The notes below the pieces were generated by a model. The model saw nothing but the letters and a program-made list of their open reading frames with translations. It had not been told where the DNA came from and ran no database searches. Positions 9,651-19,149 of a DNA stretch of 64,000 bases are shown piece by piece. The translations under genes were made by a program, and so were the position numbers. Where the stretch lies: assembly GCA_963706575.1 (NCBI GenBank), contig CAVPNL010000015.1:32001-96000 (forward strand), written 5' to 3'. The DNA comes from an uncultured delta proteobacterium. Its GTDB lineage: Bacteria; Desulfobacterota; Desulfobacteria; Desulfobacterales; JAHEIW01. Every line of letters begins with the position of its first letter. The stretch's first letter is position 1.

Positions 9651-11132
9651 ATGACAAGAAAATTTAAAGCCGGCTTTCATAACATCTCAGGTTTTGGGTT
9701 AAACTCGCTTTCGGACAGCGAAGTGGATTTCATTCACCAGGCAACACTGCAGGTATTTCAACATACCGGCCTCAAGGTCTATAGCGAGGAGGCCATGGAA
9801 ATTTTTCATGGTGCCGGCGCCTTTGTGGAGCATTTCAAGGATCACGGCGTTGTTAAAATTCCACCGTATATTGTCGAAGACTGTATCCGGCAGGCGCCCC
9901 GCACATTCGGGTGCTACGGCAGAGAGCGCGAGGACGACTTTATCCTCGAACCGTCACTGGTCAGTTTAAGTTGCGCGGGGGGATGTGTAAACGTTATCGA
10001 TCCTTATACGCTGGAACACCGGCCGGCCATGAAAAAAGACTGTGGCAACATCGCCCGGATTTGTGATTCTCTGGATGAAATCGGTGTTTTACTGCGACCC
10101 TGCATTCCCAATGATGTGCCCGCCGATATATATCCGGTTCATGCCCTGGAAGCGATCCTGACGAACACCTCGAAACACGTCTTGATCGGGCCGGATAATG
10201 CTAAAAATCTGAATAAAATGATGCAGCTCGGAGCGGCCTGTGTCGGCGGCATGGAAGAATTCAAAAAGCGGCCCATTTTTAGTGCCTCCATCTGCCCCAC
10301 CAGTCCGCTGGTGCTGGCGCAAAATGTTTGTGAAATGATTGTGGAAGGCGCCCGACAGGGGGTTGGGCTCTTTATCGTCCCGATGGCCCTGGCCGGTGCG
10401 ATATCTCCGGCAACCATTGCGGGGACACTGGTATCGACCAACGCGGAGATACTGGGCAGTATCATTCTGGCCCAGTTGACGGCCAGGGGAACATCGTGCA
10501 TCTACGCCAATCTGAGCACGATTATGGACATGAAAACAGGGGTCGCTGCCGTGGGTGCGCCCGAAGTGGCACGGGTGGCGGCCGGCACAACCCGATTGGC
10601 CAAATATTATGGCCTTCCCTGCCTGGCAGGCGCAGCCATGTCCGATAGCAAGATCCCGGATGCCCAGGCAGCCTATGAATCCGCCCTTAGCATCATGTTA
10701 ACCGCTTTGGCCGGCGCGAATCTTGTCTTCGGTATGGGCGGGCTTGACCATTTGTTGACGTTTGACTGCGCCAAACTGATCATGGATGCCGAATTGGAAA
10801 GAATGGTAATGAACGTGATCGGCGGTATTGAAGTTTCAGATGATTCGGTGGCGCTGGATGTCATTCACCAGGTCGGACCGGCGGGAGAATACCTGACCCA
10901 ACAGCACACCTATGATCACATGCGCGATTTCTCTCAAAACAAATTATATGACCGGCACACACGTGATGGTTGGGTCGAGCAGGGTGCTAAAGACCTGACG
11001 CAACGCGCATACGAAAAAGCCCGGTATATTATTGAAAACCATCAACCCAAACCCCTGCCGGAAGGGGCCGCCGCAGCCATGCAAACAATCGCAGCGGAAT
11101 ATGAAACCGAGCTCGGTATCAAGCAGGCGTAA
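9651..11132 (+). CDS. mttB: MttB-superfamily methyltransferase, non-pyrrolysine (Met at the Pyl position)
   Basis: IHQATLQVF, CPTSPL, MALAGAISPATIAG, LPCLAGAAMSDSK, VGPAGEYL. Confidence 0.93.
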   Translation: MTRKFKAGFHNISGFGLNSLSDSEVDFIHQATLQVFQHTGLKVYSEEAMEIFHGAGAFVEHFKDHGVVKIPPYIVEDCIRQAPRTFGCYGREREDDFILEPSLVSLSCAGGCVNVIDPYTLEHRPAMKKDCGNIARICDSLDEIGVLLRPCIPNDVPADIYPVHALEAILTNTSKHVLIGPDNAKNLNKMMQLGAACVGGMEEFKKRPIFSASICPTSPLVLAQNVCEMIVEGARQGVGLFIVPMALAGAISPATIAGTLVSTNAEILGSIILAQLTARGTSCIYANLSTIMDMKTGVAAVGAPEVARVAAGTTRLAKYYGLPCLAGAAMSDSKIPDAQAAYESALSIMLTALAGANLVFGMGGLDHLLTFDCAKLIMDAELERMVMNVIGGIEVSDDSVALDVIHQVGPAGEYLTQQHTYDHMRDFSQNKLYDRHTRDGWVEQGAKDLTQRAYEKARYIIENHQPKPLPEGAAAAMQTIAAEYETELGIKQA

Positions 11133-11139
11133 TGTCCGG

Positions 11140-11871
11140 TCAGATTGCGTCGGCGAAATGCTTCTTTACGACGGCGGTGTAAACGTAATCGATCATCGTT
11201 AAAAAATCGTAAACCGGCAGCCCGGTCGCCTGTTGAACGGCCTCGCTGTAAGGCGGCATCATGCTGCATTCCAGCAGAAGAGATCTGATTTCCGGATGAT
11301 CAGATGTGATTTCCTTTGCTGCCTGTACGACTTCGGCCCGGATACCGTCACTGTCAAGGGTTCCAATCTCATCAACGACCGCATCCTTGAAATGCTTTTC
11401 ATGCTGTAATCCGCGAATCACGAGTCCGGCGATATCATTCAGACCGATTTTATTGAAAACTTCCGGGGTCAGGGAATCTGAATTGGCCGTTAGCACGCCG
11501 ATCTTGGCGTCGACCGGCAGGGTCGACTGGATAAAGGGAATCTGTAACAGGCTGGACAGAAAGACCGGGATGTTCACGGCCCCTTTAACCTCTTCGTTAA
11601 AAATCGCCATAAAGCCGCAGTCACCCGTAATGGCCTTTACACCTTCGCGTTCCAGCTCCTGCGCGCCGGCGATCATGCCCTCTATGAAGCTGTAATCGTG
11701 GGCGAAAATGCGATCGGTTAAAAGTCCTTCCACTGTTTTAAACCGCACAGGATAATCGTAGCTTTTGGCGTTCCCGACATCGCCCAAGATAAACGGGGTT
11801 TCGGTGTCAAGCAAGAGGATTCCGATCGCTTCGCCGTAACTCGTTTGGCCTTTATTTGCCGTAAAAATCAT
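11140..11871 (-). CDS. Asp/Glu/hydantoin racemase-superfamily protein
   Basis: Two Cys motifs AITGDCGFM and LLECSMMPPY; paralogue of 42525-43259. Confidence 0.85.
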   Translation of the reverse strand: MIFTANKGQTSYGEAIGILLLDTETPFILGDVGNAKSYDYPVRFKTVEGLLTDRIFAHDYSFIEGMIAGAQELEREGVKAITGDCGFMAIFNEEVKGAVNIPVFLSSLLQIPFIQSTLPVDAKIGVLTANSDSLTPEVFNKIGLNDIAGLVIRGLQHEKHFKDAVVDEIGTLDSDGIRAEVVQAAKEITSDHPEIRSLLLECSMMPPYSEAVQQATGLPVYDFLTMIDYVYTAVVKKHFADAI

Positions 11872-11899
11872 TTCATTTGCCCCTTTCTAATGGTTGAAC

Positions 11900-12065
11900 C
11901 TAGTGTTGTGTCCCACAAATATTGTCTAAAATATTATTAAGTTCTGCGGCGTGGTATCCATCCGTCATTCCCGCGCAGGCGGGAATCCAGGCATCTTTGA
12001 ACTGGACTCCCGCCTGCGCGGGAGTGACAATCATTTTGTAACTTATTTGTATGACACAACACTAG
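11900..12065 (+). mobile_element. MITE-like element (family C) with a REP/dRS3-like core
   Basis: Terminal inverted repeats CTAGTGTTGTGTC / GACACAACACTAG; reverse-orientation copy at 47332-47497. Confidence 0.85.
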
Positions 12066-12114
12066 GTCTTTTCTAATTTTTACACCTGAATTTTGCATGA
12101 GTCGGAGGCTGCCA

Positions 12115-13305
12115 TCAAATCACAACGAGCTCCGTTGTCGCAGTCGATAAAACTTCAGGGCCATCTTCGGTCACCAGAACATTTGATTCGATGTTAAAAT
12201 GCCCGTAGTCCGTGACCACGGTCGGCTCCATCGTCACCACCATACCGGCCTTCAGCTCGGTATGATCGAAAAGCGCAATGTGGGGCGGCTCTGTTGTGGC
12301 CATCCCGATTCCATGGCCAACTCGCCAGGCCCTGTTCGATTGAGCCGATGAGCAGTCGCCCTCACCCCAGATTTCCTTCAATCCGGCTTTATCAAATTCG
12401 CGGTTGCATAATTGCGAGAGGTCTGAAGCCTTTATGCCGGGCCGGATGGCCGCCACCGCGGTATTGCTGACTCCATTCACGATTTCATACATGTTCTTTT
12501 GCTCGGGCGAAGGTTCACCGATGGCAGCTACCCTCGAAAAATCGGATGAATAACCATTGACCTTGCAACCGGTGTCAATCCAGAGCAGATTGCCCTCTTC
12601 CAGAACATGTTCGCTGGGGTTCGGTAAAAATCCACTCTCATAATTATAAGGCCCCGAATTGCTCAGGGTCCAAACGGCTGTCCCGCCCAACTCGACGGCG
12701 GTGTCATATAAAATCTTGGCTGCATCTTTTTCCGTCATCCCCGGCTTGGTGTTATTAAAACAGGTTTCGAAGGCCTGGCTGCTGATCGAACAGGCTTTGC
12801 GCATGTATTCCACTTCCGCATCAGATTTTACCATTCGCATGCCCCAGAAAAGATCGGAGGCATCAATGAAATCGGCCCCGGGGAGCTCCTTTGTCATTCC
12901 GACAAAATCATTGTACGGCAGCCCCAGGCGTTGTTCGGTCCCCAGCTCAGCGCCGATCCGCCCGGTATTCAAGCCCAACTCCCCCCATATCGCTTTTAAC
13001 ATATCAAACGGTAAGGCCCCAAAGGGGGAATAGGTTCGAATATCATCCACCCAGGACTCGCGCTGCTGGGAGTGTTCGAAGAAATCATGAACGATCAGCA
13101 CCGGGTTTCCCTTTTGCGGCAGTATCATAATCGTTGGTCTGGAAAATGAAAAGTCCCCATGGCCACCACTGAAATAAGTATAATTGGCGGTTTCCGTGAT
13201 GAACAGGGCATCCAACCCTTCAGCCCGCATTCTCTCCCGAGCTCTTTCCCACCGGCTTTCATACTCTGATTTGGGAAAACGCTTGTATTCTGAACTCATT
13301 GGCAA
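12115..13305 (-). CDS. M24 Xaa-Pro peptidase/creatinase-family hydrolase
   Basis: MRMVKSDAEV; metal ligands in WIDTG, YSSD, GHGIG, MEP and IESN. Confidence 0.9.
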   Translation of the reverse strand: MPMSSEYKRFPKSEYESRWERARERMRAEGLDALFITETANYTYFSGGHGDFSFSRPTIMILPQKGNPVLIVHDFFEHSQQRESWVDDIRTYSPFGALPFDMLKAIWGELGLNTGRIGAELGTEQRLGLPYNDFVGMTKELPGADFIDASDLFWGMRMVKSDAEVEYMRKACSISSQAFETCFNNTKPGMTEKDAAKILYDTAVELGGTAVWTLSNSGPYNYESGFLPNPSEHVLEEGNLLWIDTGCKVNGYSSDFSRVAAIGEPSPEQKNMYEIVNGVSNTAVAAIRPGIKASDLSQLCNREFDKAGLKEIWGEGDCSSAQSNRAWRVGHGIGMATTEPPHIALFDHTELKAGMVVTMEPTVVTDYGHFNIESNVLVTEDGPEVLSTATTELVVI

Positions 13306-13321
13306 CGCCTCCTTTGATGGA

Positions 13322-13348
13322 CACTGAACGCAATCATCGCGTTCAGTG
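13322..13348. promoter_or_regulatory. Perfect 10 bp inverted repeat just upstream of the M24 gene (operator or 5' hairpin)
   Basis: CACTGAACGC-N7-GCGTTCAGTG. Confidence 0.4.
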
Positions 13349-13613
13349 AAAAAAATGATTAGGGTTTCATATTAGAATGGATACATGCAACAATTTACAA
13401 AGCATTGAAAGAAGAATTTGTAAATAAAAAAATGGATAAGGGGTAAGGCATCCGTAATGGGAAAGAGCAAAAAATCTTGGTGCTGTTGTATTTTCGATTT
13501 TCAAATCGCGCATCAGCCAAATGCCATCGCGGTTCAGCAGGCAGATCTGAAGGATTTCCGGTTGAAATACGTATGAAAGTCATTTATTATAAAGGTTTTA
13601 TAAGGAGAAACCG

Positions 13614-16454
13614 TTGAAAAAGAAAAGCCCATACGTGATCGCCTGTGCGGTGCTGGCGCTCGATATCAAATACACTGCCGAGGAACTCGGAACCGACGTC
13701 GGTACCAAATTCCTGGAAGGCGGACTTCACAATCGCCCCAACCTGCTTCGCGAAAAACTGCAGGCCGCTATCGACGAAATTTCGGCCTCCGGCCGCTGTG
13801 ACCGCATCATCATCGGATACGGCATATGCGGTCGCGGAACCGTTGGAATCCAGAGCCGGGATATTCCGCTGGCAGTGCCGAAGGTCCATGACTGCATCGC
13901 TCTTTTTCTGGGAGGCGATGCGGCCTATCGGCGTGAATTTAAAAAATACCCGGGCACATATTACATATCGGGGGGCTGGTATGAAGAAAAGACCGAACCG
14001 CTTTCCCAGCAAAAACAATCGGCTTATTATGGAAGCGAAAAGCTGAATTATAAGGAGCTGGCTGAAAAATATGGTGAGCGCGAGGCCAAAGAGACGATTC
14101 AATTTCTGAGCACCTGGCAAAAAAATTATCAGAGAGCCGCCTTCATCGAAACCGGGGCAAAGCTTTCACCCAAGTATGAAAAGTACGCCCGGGAAATGGC
14201 AAAAGAATACGGCTGGAAATACGAAAAACTGGTTGGCGACCAGTCGTTGATCAAAGCGCTTCTGACCGCCCGCAAAACGACCGACGAAATCCTGGTCGTT
14301 CCACCGAAGCACGTGATTGAGTTCGACGCTATGCACTCGAGCCTTGCGGCCAATCCGATCTGGGCCCCAGAGATCGGCCGGCGGGCGGAAGCTGAAGTTA
14401 CCGTAACGGAAAAAGGCCGCGCTGATGAACCAGAGACCGCCTATCTGAAAATCGGACTGGGGATCGACGCCGGCGGGACCTACACCGACACGGTAATCTA
14501 TGACTTTGACCGGGATCGGACGATTAGCAAGAGCAAAGCCCTGACCACGAAGTGGGATTTCACCGTAGGCATTAACAACGCCCTGGCTGAGCTGGATCAG
14601 GAAAAACTTCGGGAGGTGGAGATGGTGTCCCTGTCTACCACCCTGGCAACCAACGCCATTGTTGAAGGCGAAGGCCAGAAAGTCGGTATGATTATCATGC
14701 CGGCCTATGGCCGCTTCGAACCGGAAGATATTCCATACGAGCCAAAGGCCATCATTTCGGGGCAGCTTGAAATCACGGGTAAAGAAATCCTACCGGTGGA
14801 TGAAAAAGAGGTAAAAGACATTGTCCGACGAATGGTTGCAAAGGACAAGGTCAAAGCCTTTGCCGTCTCCGGCTACGCCGGCGCGATTAACCCTGACCAT
14901 GAACTGCAGGTCAAACAGATCATTCGGCAGGAGACTGGGCTGTTCGTCACCTGCGGCCATGAGCTGTCGCAAATCCTGAATTTCAAAACACGGGCGCACA
15001 CGGCTATGTTGAACGCCCGCATCATCCCGAAACTGACCAAATTGTTGCTGGATTTGGAGAAAGTGCTCGCACAGCGAAATATCCAGGCTCCTATCGTCGT
15101 CGTCAAAGGTGATGGAACCCTGATGAGTGCCGCCATGGCCAAAGAACGGCCGGTAGAGACGATTTTGTCAGGACCGGCGGCGAGTGTGGCCGGCGCACGT
15201 CATTTGACGGGATTGAGGGACGCATTGGTCGTAGACATGGGCGGCACCACAACAGACACAGCGGCACTGGTGGACGGCACGGTAAGTATCTGCGAGACCG
15301 GATCCAATCTCAGCGGGCACAAGACCCACGTGAAAGCGCTGGAAATCCGTACCGTGGGCCTGGGCGGTGACAGCCTGATCCAATACGACCGGGGAGAGTT
15401 TCGTCTCGGACCCCGTCGGGTGGCACCCATCGCCTGGCTGGGCGCCATGTACAGCGGAACGGACAAGGCACTGGATTTTCTCAAGATGCACCTGGATCGC
15501 TATGCCTTGTCCACCCAGGACATGCAAATTCTGGCGCTGACCGGCTCTGCGGATGACTTGGACTTAACGCCTTTAGAGGAAAAAATTGTCGCGCTTTTGA
15601 AATCAAGGCCCTATTCCATTGACGAGCTGCTCAAACGAACCGAGTCCCTGTTAGAAATGAGTTTGAATCTTGAACGCCTGGAAAAGAGTTTCATCATTCA
15701 GCGCTGCGGCCTGACACTCACGGATCTTCTGCATGTGACGGACCGCTTTGAACGCTGGGACAAAGATGCAGCCGAACGCTTCTGTCAGATGTTCTGCCAG
15801 CTGGCAAAAATGGACATCCCGCAAATGGCAGCACACCTGTTGAACATGGGAGACGCCCGCCTGACGTTGGAATTGTTAAAACGGCAACTGGATGACGAGG
15901 TCGACCCCGATGCCCTGCACACCTGCCCTGTTTGCCAGACCCTGGTTAACAATTTGCTCTCAGACGGAAACCATCCGTATGACGTCCGAATTGATTTGAA
16001 GCGGCCGGTGGTCGGCATTGGCGCACCGATCCACTTTTTTCTGCCCCGTGCCGCCAAAGCCCTGGGCACCGAAGCGGTGTTACCTGAAAATGCGGATGTC
16101 GCCAACGCCATCGGCGCGATCACCAGCAATGTGGTGGTCAAGCGCCAGCTGCGAATCATTCCGGACGAAGAAGGCGGTTTTCTCATCGAGGGATTGGCCG
16201 GTGTGCGGCACTTTAAAAAATTTGATGATGCCGATGCCTTTGCACGGGACGAATTGGTGCAGCGAGTGAGAGATTTGGCCCGAATCGCCGGTACCAGCGC
16301 CAAGGCGATAAAGCTCAAGATCGAAGACAAGATTCCCAAAACCGCAGACGGCAAGGAAATCTTCCTGGGCCGCACCATTCACGCGAATCTGACCGGCCGC
16401 CCGGATATTGTCGTCAAACAAAACCTTCACGGCAAAGCTGCACCCGCCAACTAG
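13614..16454 (+). CDS. DUF1638 fused to a hydantoinase/oxoprolinase-family (ASKHA) domain
   Basis: N-terminal IACAV...GLHNRP...GYGICG...HDCIALFLG (DUF1638); C-terminal GIDAGGTYTD, STTLATNAIVEG, SGPAAS, DMGGTTTD, GLGGDS. Confidence 0.88.
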   Translation: MKKKSPYVIACAVLALDIKYTAEELGTDVGTKFLEGGLHNRPNLLREKLQAAIDEISASGRCDRIIIGYGICGRGTVGIQSRDIPLAVPKVHDCIALFLGGDAAYRREFKKYPGTYYISGGWYEEKTEPLSQQKQSAYYGSEKLNYKELAEKYGEREAKETIQFLSTWQKNYQRAAFIETGAKLSPKYEKYAREMAKEYGWKYEKLVGDQSLIKALLTARKTTDEILVVPPKHVIEFDAMHSSLAANPIWAPEIGRRAEAEVTVTEKGRADEPETAYLKIGLGIDAGGTYTDTVIYDFDRDRTISKSKALTTKWDFTVGINNALAELDQEKLREVEMVSLSTTLATNAIVEGEGQKVGMIIMPAYGRFEPEDIPYEPKAIISGQLEITGKEILPVDEKEVKDIVRRMVAKDKVKAFAVSGYAGAINPDHELQVKQIIRQETGLFVTCGHELSQILNFKTRAHTAMLNARIIPKLTKLLLDLEKVLAQRNIQAPIVVVKGDGTLMSAAMAKERPVETILSGPAASVAGARHLTGLRDALVVDMGGTTTDTAALVDGTVSICETGSNLSGHKTHVKALEIRTVGLGGDSLIQYDRGEFRLGPRRVAPIAWLGAMYSGTDKALDFLKMHLDRYALSTQDMQILALTGSADDLDLTPLEEKIVALLKSRPYSIDELLKRTESLLEMSLNLERLEKSFIIQRCGLTLTDLLHVTDRFERWDKDAAERFCQMFCQLAKMDIPQMAAHLLNMGDARLTLELLKRQLDDEVDPDALHTCPVCQTLVNNLLSDGNHPYDVRIDLKRPVVGIGAPIHFFLPRAAKALGTEAVLPENADVANAIGAITSNVVVKRQLRIIPDEEGGFLIEGLAGVRHFKKFDDADAFARDELVQRVRDLARIAGTSAKAIKLKIEDKIPKTADGKEIFLGRTIHANLTGRPDIVVKQNLHGKAAPAN

Positions 16455-16457
16455 AAG

Positions 16458-16609
16458 TGGTTTCAGGTGTCAGTGTTCAGGTTTTAGAAGACAGATGGTA
16501 AAAATGAAAGTAGGGTCGGCCTCTGTGCCGACCTCTGACCGGCGGGCGCAGAGGCCCGCCCTACTTGCTGACACCTAAAACCGTGTTTTGTAAATTACTT
16601 GCGGGACAC
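16458..16609 (-). repeat. Family B dispersed repeat, copy 2
   Basis: Reverse complement of 6325-6475; fills the gap between two convergent TAG stops (16452-16454 and 16613-16615). Confidence 0.9.
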
Positions 16610-16612
16610 AAT

Positions 16613-17530
16613 CTAGTGATTTTCTTTTATATATTCGCGGGTGATCAAGATGATGCCTGACATGACGAATGCGGCCCCGATCAACTGGGTAAATGAAAGT
16701 CGTTCACCCAGCAATACGGCGGCTAAAATGATCGTTAAAATCGGCTCGACGTTCATAAGGATGGTGGTTTTGACCGGCCCGATGGTCTCAATACCGATAA
16801 GAAATGTGACATAAGCAATGGTTAGTGCAAAGCTTGTAACACCCAGCTTGAACCAGCCGGTCAGGGCAATGTGCGCTGCCGGGCCACCGTTGAATAACAT
16901 GAAGACCACATATAGTGCGGTGCCCGCCGCCAGACAGTGAAAATTGACCGTCTGAGTATCTGCGGAGCGTATCGCCAGGCTGCTGATGGTAACATAAGAG
17001 GCCGCACCCAGCGCCCCCAAAAAGCCAAATGCGATTCCATACCAGTTAAGACCCGTGACAGACTGAATCCCCATTGCAAACGCAAGACCAATAAAAGCAA
17101 TCGTAATCGCCATCAAACGAATGGGTGTAATCGGTTCCTTTTCGGTAAAGCGGGCGATGATCGCAACCAGAAACGGATGGGTGTAAAAAATTAGCACGGC
17201 CAAACTCACCGGGATATACTGGGTGGCGCCCAGATATCCAATCCCCATCATAAAAACCGAAATTCCGAGGACAAGGCCAGCATAGCGTTCTCGCGGCGGC
17301 AATTTCAATTTTTTGCCGCGGATCTTGAGAAAAAGAAAAAGCAGGATGACCGTCACAAAATGGCGCACGGCGTTGATTGTATGAATATCGATTCCATCCC
17401 GATAGGCCAGATTGGCGAATAAGATGTTTGTCGAAAATCCCAGCGCGGCCATTAAAACCAGACCGAAACCGACCCATGTTTTGGTGTTGCCGGAAACCTT
17501 GTCTAATGTATTGGCTGGTTTTGATTTCAT
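16613..17530 (-). CDS. DMT/EamA family transporter
   Basis: About 10 hydrophobic segments, IFYTHP, NVEPILTIILAAVLLGERL. Confidence 0.9.
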   Translation of the reverse strand: MKSKPANTLDKVSGNTKTWVGFGLVLMAALGFSTNILFANLAYRDGIDIHTINAVRHFVTVILLFLFLKIRGKKLKLPPRERYAGLVLGISVFMMGIGYLGATQYIPVSLAVLIFYTHPFLVAIIARFTEKEPITPIRLMAITIAFIGLAFAMGIQSVTGLNWYGIAFGFLGALGAASYVTISSLAIRSADTQTVNFHCLAAGTALYVVFMLFNGGPAAHIALTGWFKLGVTSFALTIAYVTFLIGIETIGPVKTTILMNVEPILTIILAAVLLGERLSFTQLIGAAFVMSGIILITREYIKENH

Positions 17531-17554
17531 AAAAGCCGATTACCTGGACCTTGT

Positions 17555-17620
17555 CCGCTTTGCGGGATGAAGCGTCTAATTTTAGGATACCAAGGGGCTT
17601 CTCATGAAAATTAACGAGAA
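17555..17620 (+). repeat. About 66 bp CCCGC-hairpin repeat (family G), copy 1
   Basis: Aligns without gaps to 31545-31610 (TGCGGGATGAAGCGTC.AATTTTA.GATACCAAGGG.CT.CTCATGAAAA.TAA.GAGAA). Confidence 0.85.
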
Positions 17621-17773
17621 GTGGGGTACCCTATACAATTTTTTCAGACATTTCAAGAACCCCGGCCAGAATCTATTGTGAAACAAACAATGGCGGCGCC
17701 GACATCTTGACACGCGATCTTATTTTAGCCATACTCGTTTCCAAATCATCGAGCATTGAAAAGGAGCAATGAC

Positions 17774-18052
17774 ATGATCAAGGTTAACAACTATTTTGAC
17801 GGGAACGTCAAAAGCCTGGGATTTGAGCGCGAGGAGGCGGCATTTACGGCGGGTGTCGTCCTGCCGGGAGCGTACACCTTTGATACAGAAAAAGAAGAAC
17901 ACCTCACCATAACCGTCGGAGAGCTCGAGATCCAGCCGCCGGGGTCCGAATGGCGGATCTTGAAGACGGGCGATACAGTCACCATTCCGGCAAACACGAG
18001 TTTTGATCTGAAAGTGGAACATCCCGCCTCGTATATTTGTAAGTTCAGCTAG
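17774..18052 (+). CDS. ppnP: Pyrimidine/purine nucleoside phosphorylase (YaiE/DUF1255 cupin)
   Basis: MIKVNNYFDGNVKSLGF...GVVLPGAYTFDT...SYIC; AGGAG RBS before the ATG at 17774. Confidence 0.9.
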   Translation: MIKVNNYFDGNVKSLGFEREEAAFTAGVVLPGAYTFDTEKEEHLTITVGELEIQPPGSEWRILKTGDTVTIPANTSFDLKVEHPASYICKFS

Positions 18053-18246
18053 AAGTGGATTAAAAACCTCAGATCAGGTTCAAGGGCCCCGCGAAACGGG
18101 ATTACATGTCTGATCCTAAAATATTAATGTATGCATCAAGGCGTCCCGCGCATTGGAAGCGGAGCGTACACGTAAGTACGTGAGCATTGCAATGCGCGGG
18201 ACAACGCAACCATTGGGCCTCAGATGGGGTTTTTAATCCACTTCTA
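18050..18246 (-). mobile_element. MITE family A (variant TIR) with a nested 50 bp insert
   Basis: TIRs TAGAAGTGGATTAAAAACC / GGTTTTTAATCCACTTCTA; interior homologous to 39691, 41413 and 57269. Confidence 0.88.
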
Positions 18247-18308
18247 AACAGGAGATGCCGCCCGGTTTTAATGCCAACAATTTTTAAAAATCATCCTGAT
18301 ATTTAAAC

Positions 18309-18361
18309 TTGACAGAAAAAGTGTTTTTTTATATATGAAAATCATTTTCATATTATGAAAA
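18309..18361 (+). promoter_or_regulatory. Sigma-70 promoter of the IclR operon overlapped by palindromic operators
   Basis: TTGACA at 18309 with a TATAT-like -10 near 18330-18337; overlapping palindromes ATGAAAATCATTTTCAT and ATTTTCATATTATGAAAAT. Confidence 0.65.
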
Positions 18362-18386
18362 TAAATAATCTGTCATCCCAAGCAAT

Positions 18387-19136
18387 ATGAAAATCAATTC
18401 CATTGAACGCTGCCTGAAGGTCATTGATATCTTAAGTGATCATCCCGCGGGTTTGAAGTTGACGGAAATCAGCGGTCATCTCGACTTGCACCCGAGTTCG
18501 GTGCATCACATGGTTTCGACCTTGCTGCCCCACGATTATATCACCCAGGATCCGGATACCAAAAAGTATTCACTGGGATTCCGATTTCTGGAAATCAGCC
18601 GTAAAATCTTAGATAATCTGGATATCCGTCAAGTTGCCCATCGTCATCTGGAAGTCTTACGCCAGGAGAGTCAGGAGGCCGTCCATCTGGCGATGCTGCG
18701 GGGTGATAAAGTCGTTTATATCGACAAACTGGACACCCCGAGCGGTCTGTCACTCGCCACCTATGTGGGGTTTACCACCGATCCGCATGCGGCCGCCGGC
18801 GGTAAGGTTTTGCTGGCAGGCTTAAACGATGATGCGGTCAAAGGCATTTATAAAAACAAGTCTTTAAAGGGTTACGGCAAAAATACCATTACACGTCTAC
18901 CCGCGCTGATGGCTGAGCTGGCCAGGATTCGCAAACAGGGATACGCCGTCGATAATGAAGAATACTACGAGGGTGTTCGCTGTGTCGCCGCTCCGGTCCG
19001 CTCGGGTGGTCAGGTGGTTGCATCGATTAGCATCACGGGTTCCATTTTTACGATGACTCAGGGGCGCATTGAAAAGGAACTGGCTGCAAAGGCTGTAAAA
19101 GCAGCGGATTCTGTTTCAGCCGAATTAAAATGGTAG
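18387..19136 (+). CDS. IclR-family transcriptional regulator
   Basis: SIERCLKVI HTH, YSLGFRF, AAGGKVLLA, GYAVDNEE..EGVRCVAAP. Confidence 0.95.
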   Translation: MKINSIERCLKVIDILSDHPAGLKLTEISGHLDLHPSSVHHMVSTLLPHDYITQDPDTKKYSLGFRFLEISRKILDNLDIRQVAHRHLEVLRQESQEAVHLAMLRGDKVVYIDKLDTPSGLSLATYVGFTTDPHAAAGGKVLLAGLNDDAVKGIYKNKSLKGYGKNTITRLPALMAELARIRKQGYAVDNEEYYEGVRCVAAPVRSGGQVVASISITGSIFTMTQGRIEKELAAKAVKAADSVSAELKW

Positions 19137-19149
19137 GGAGAGAAACGCA

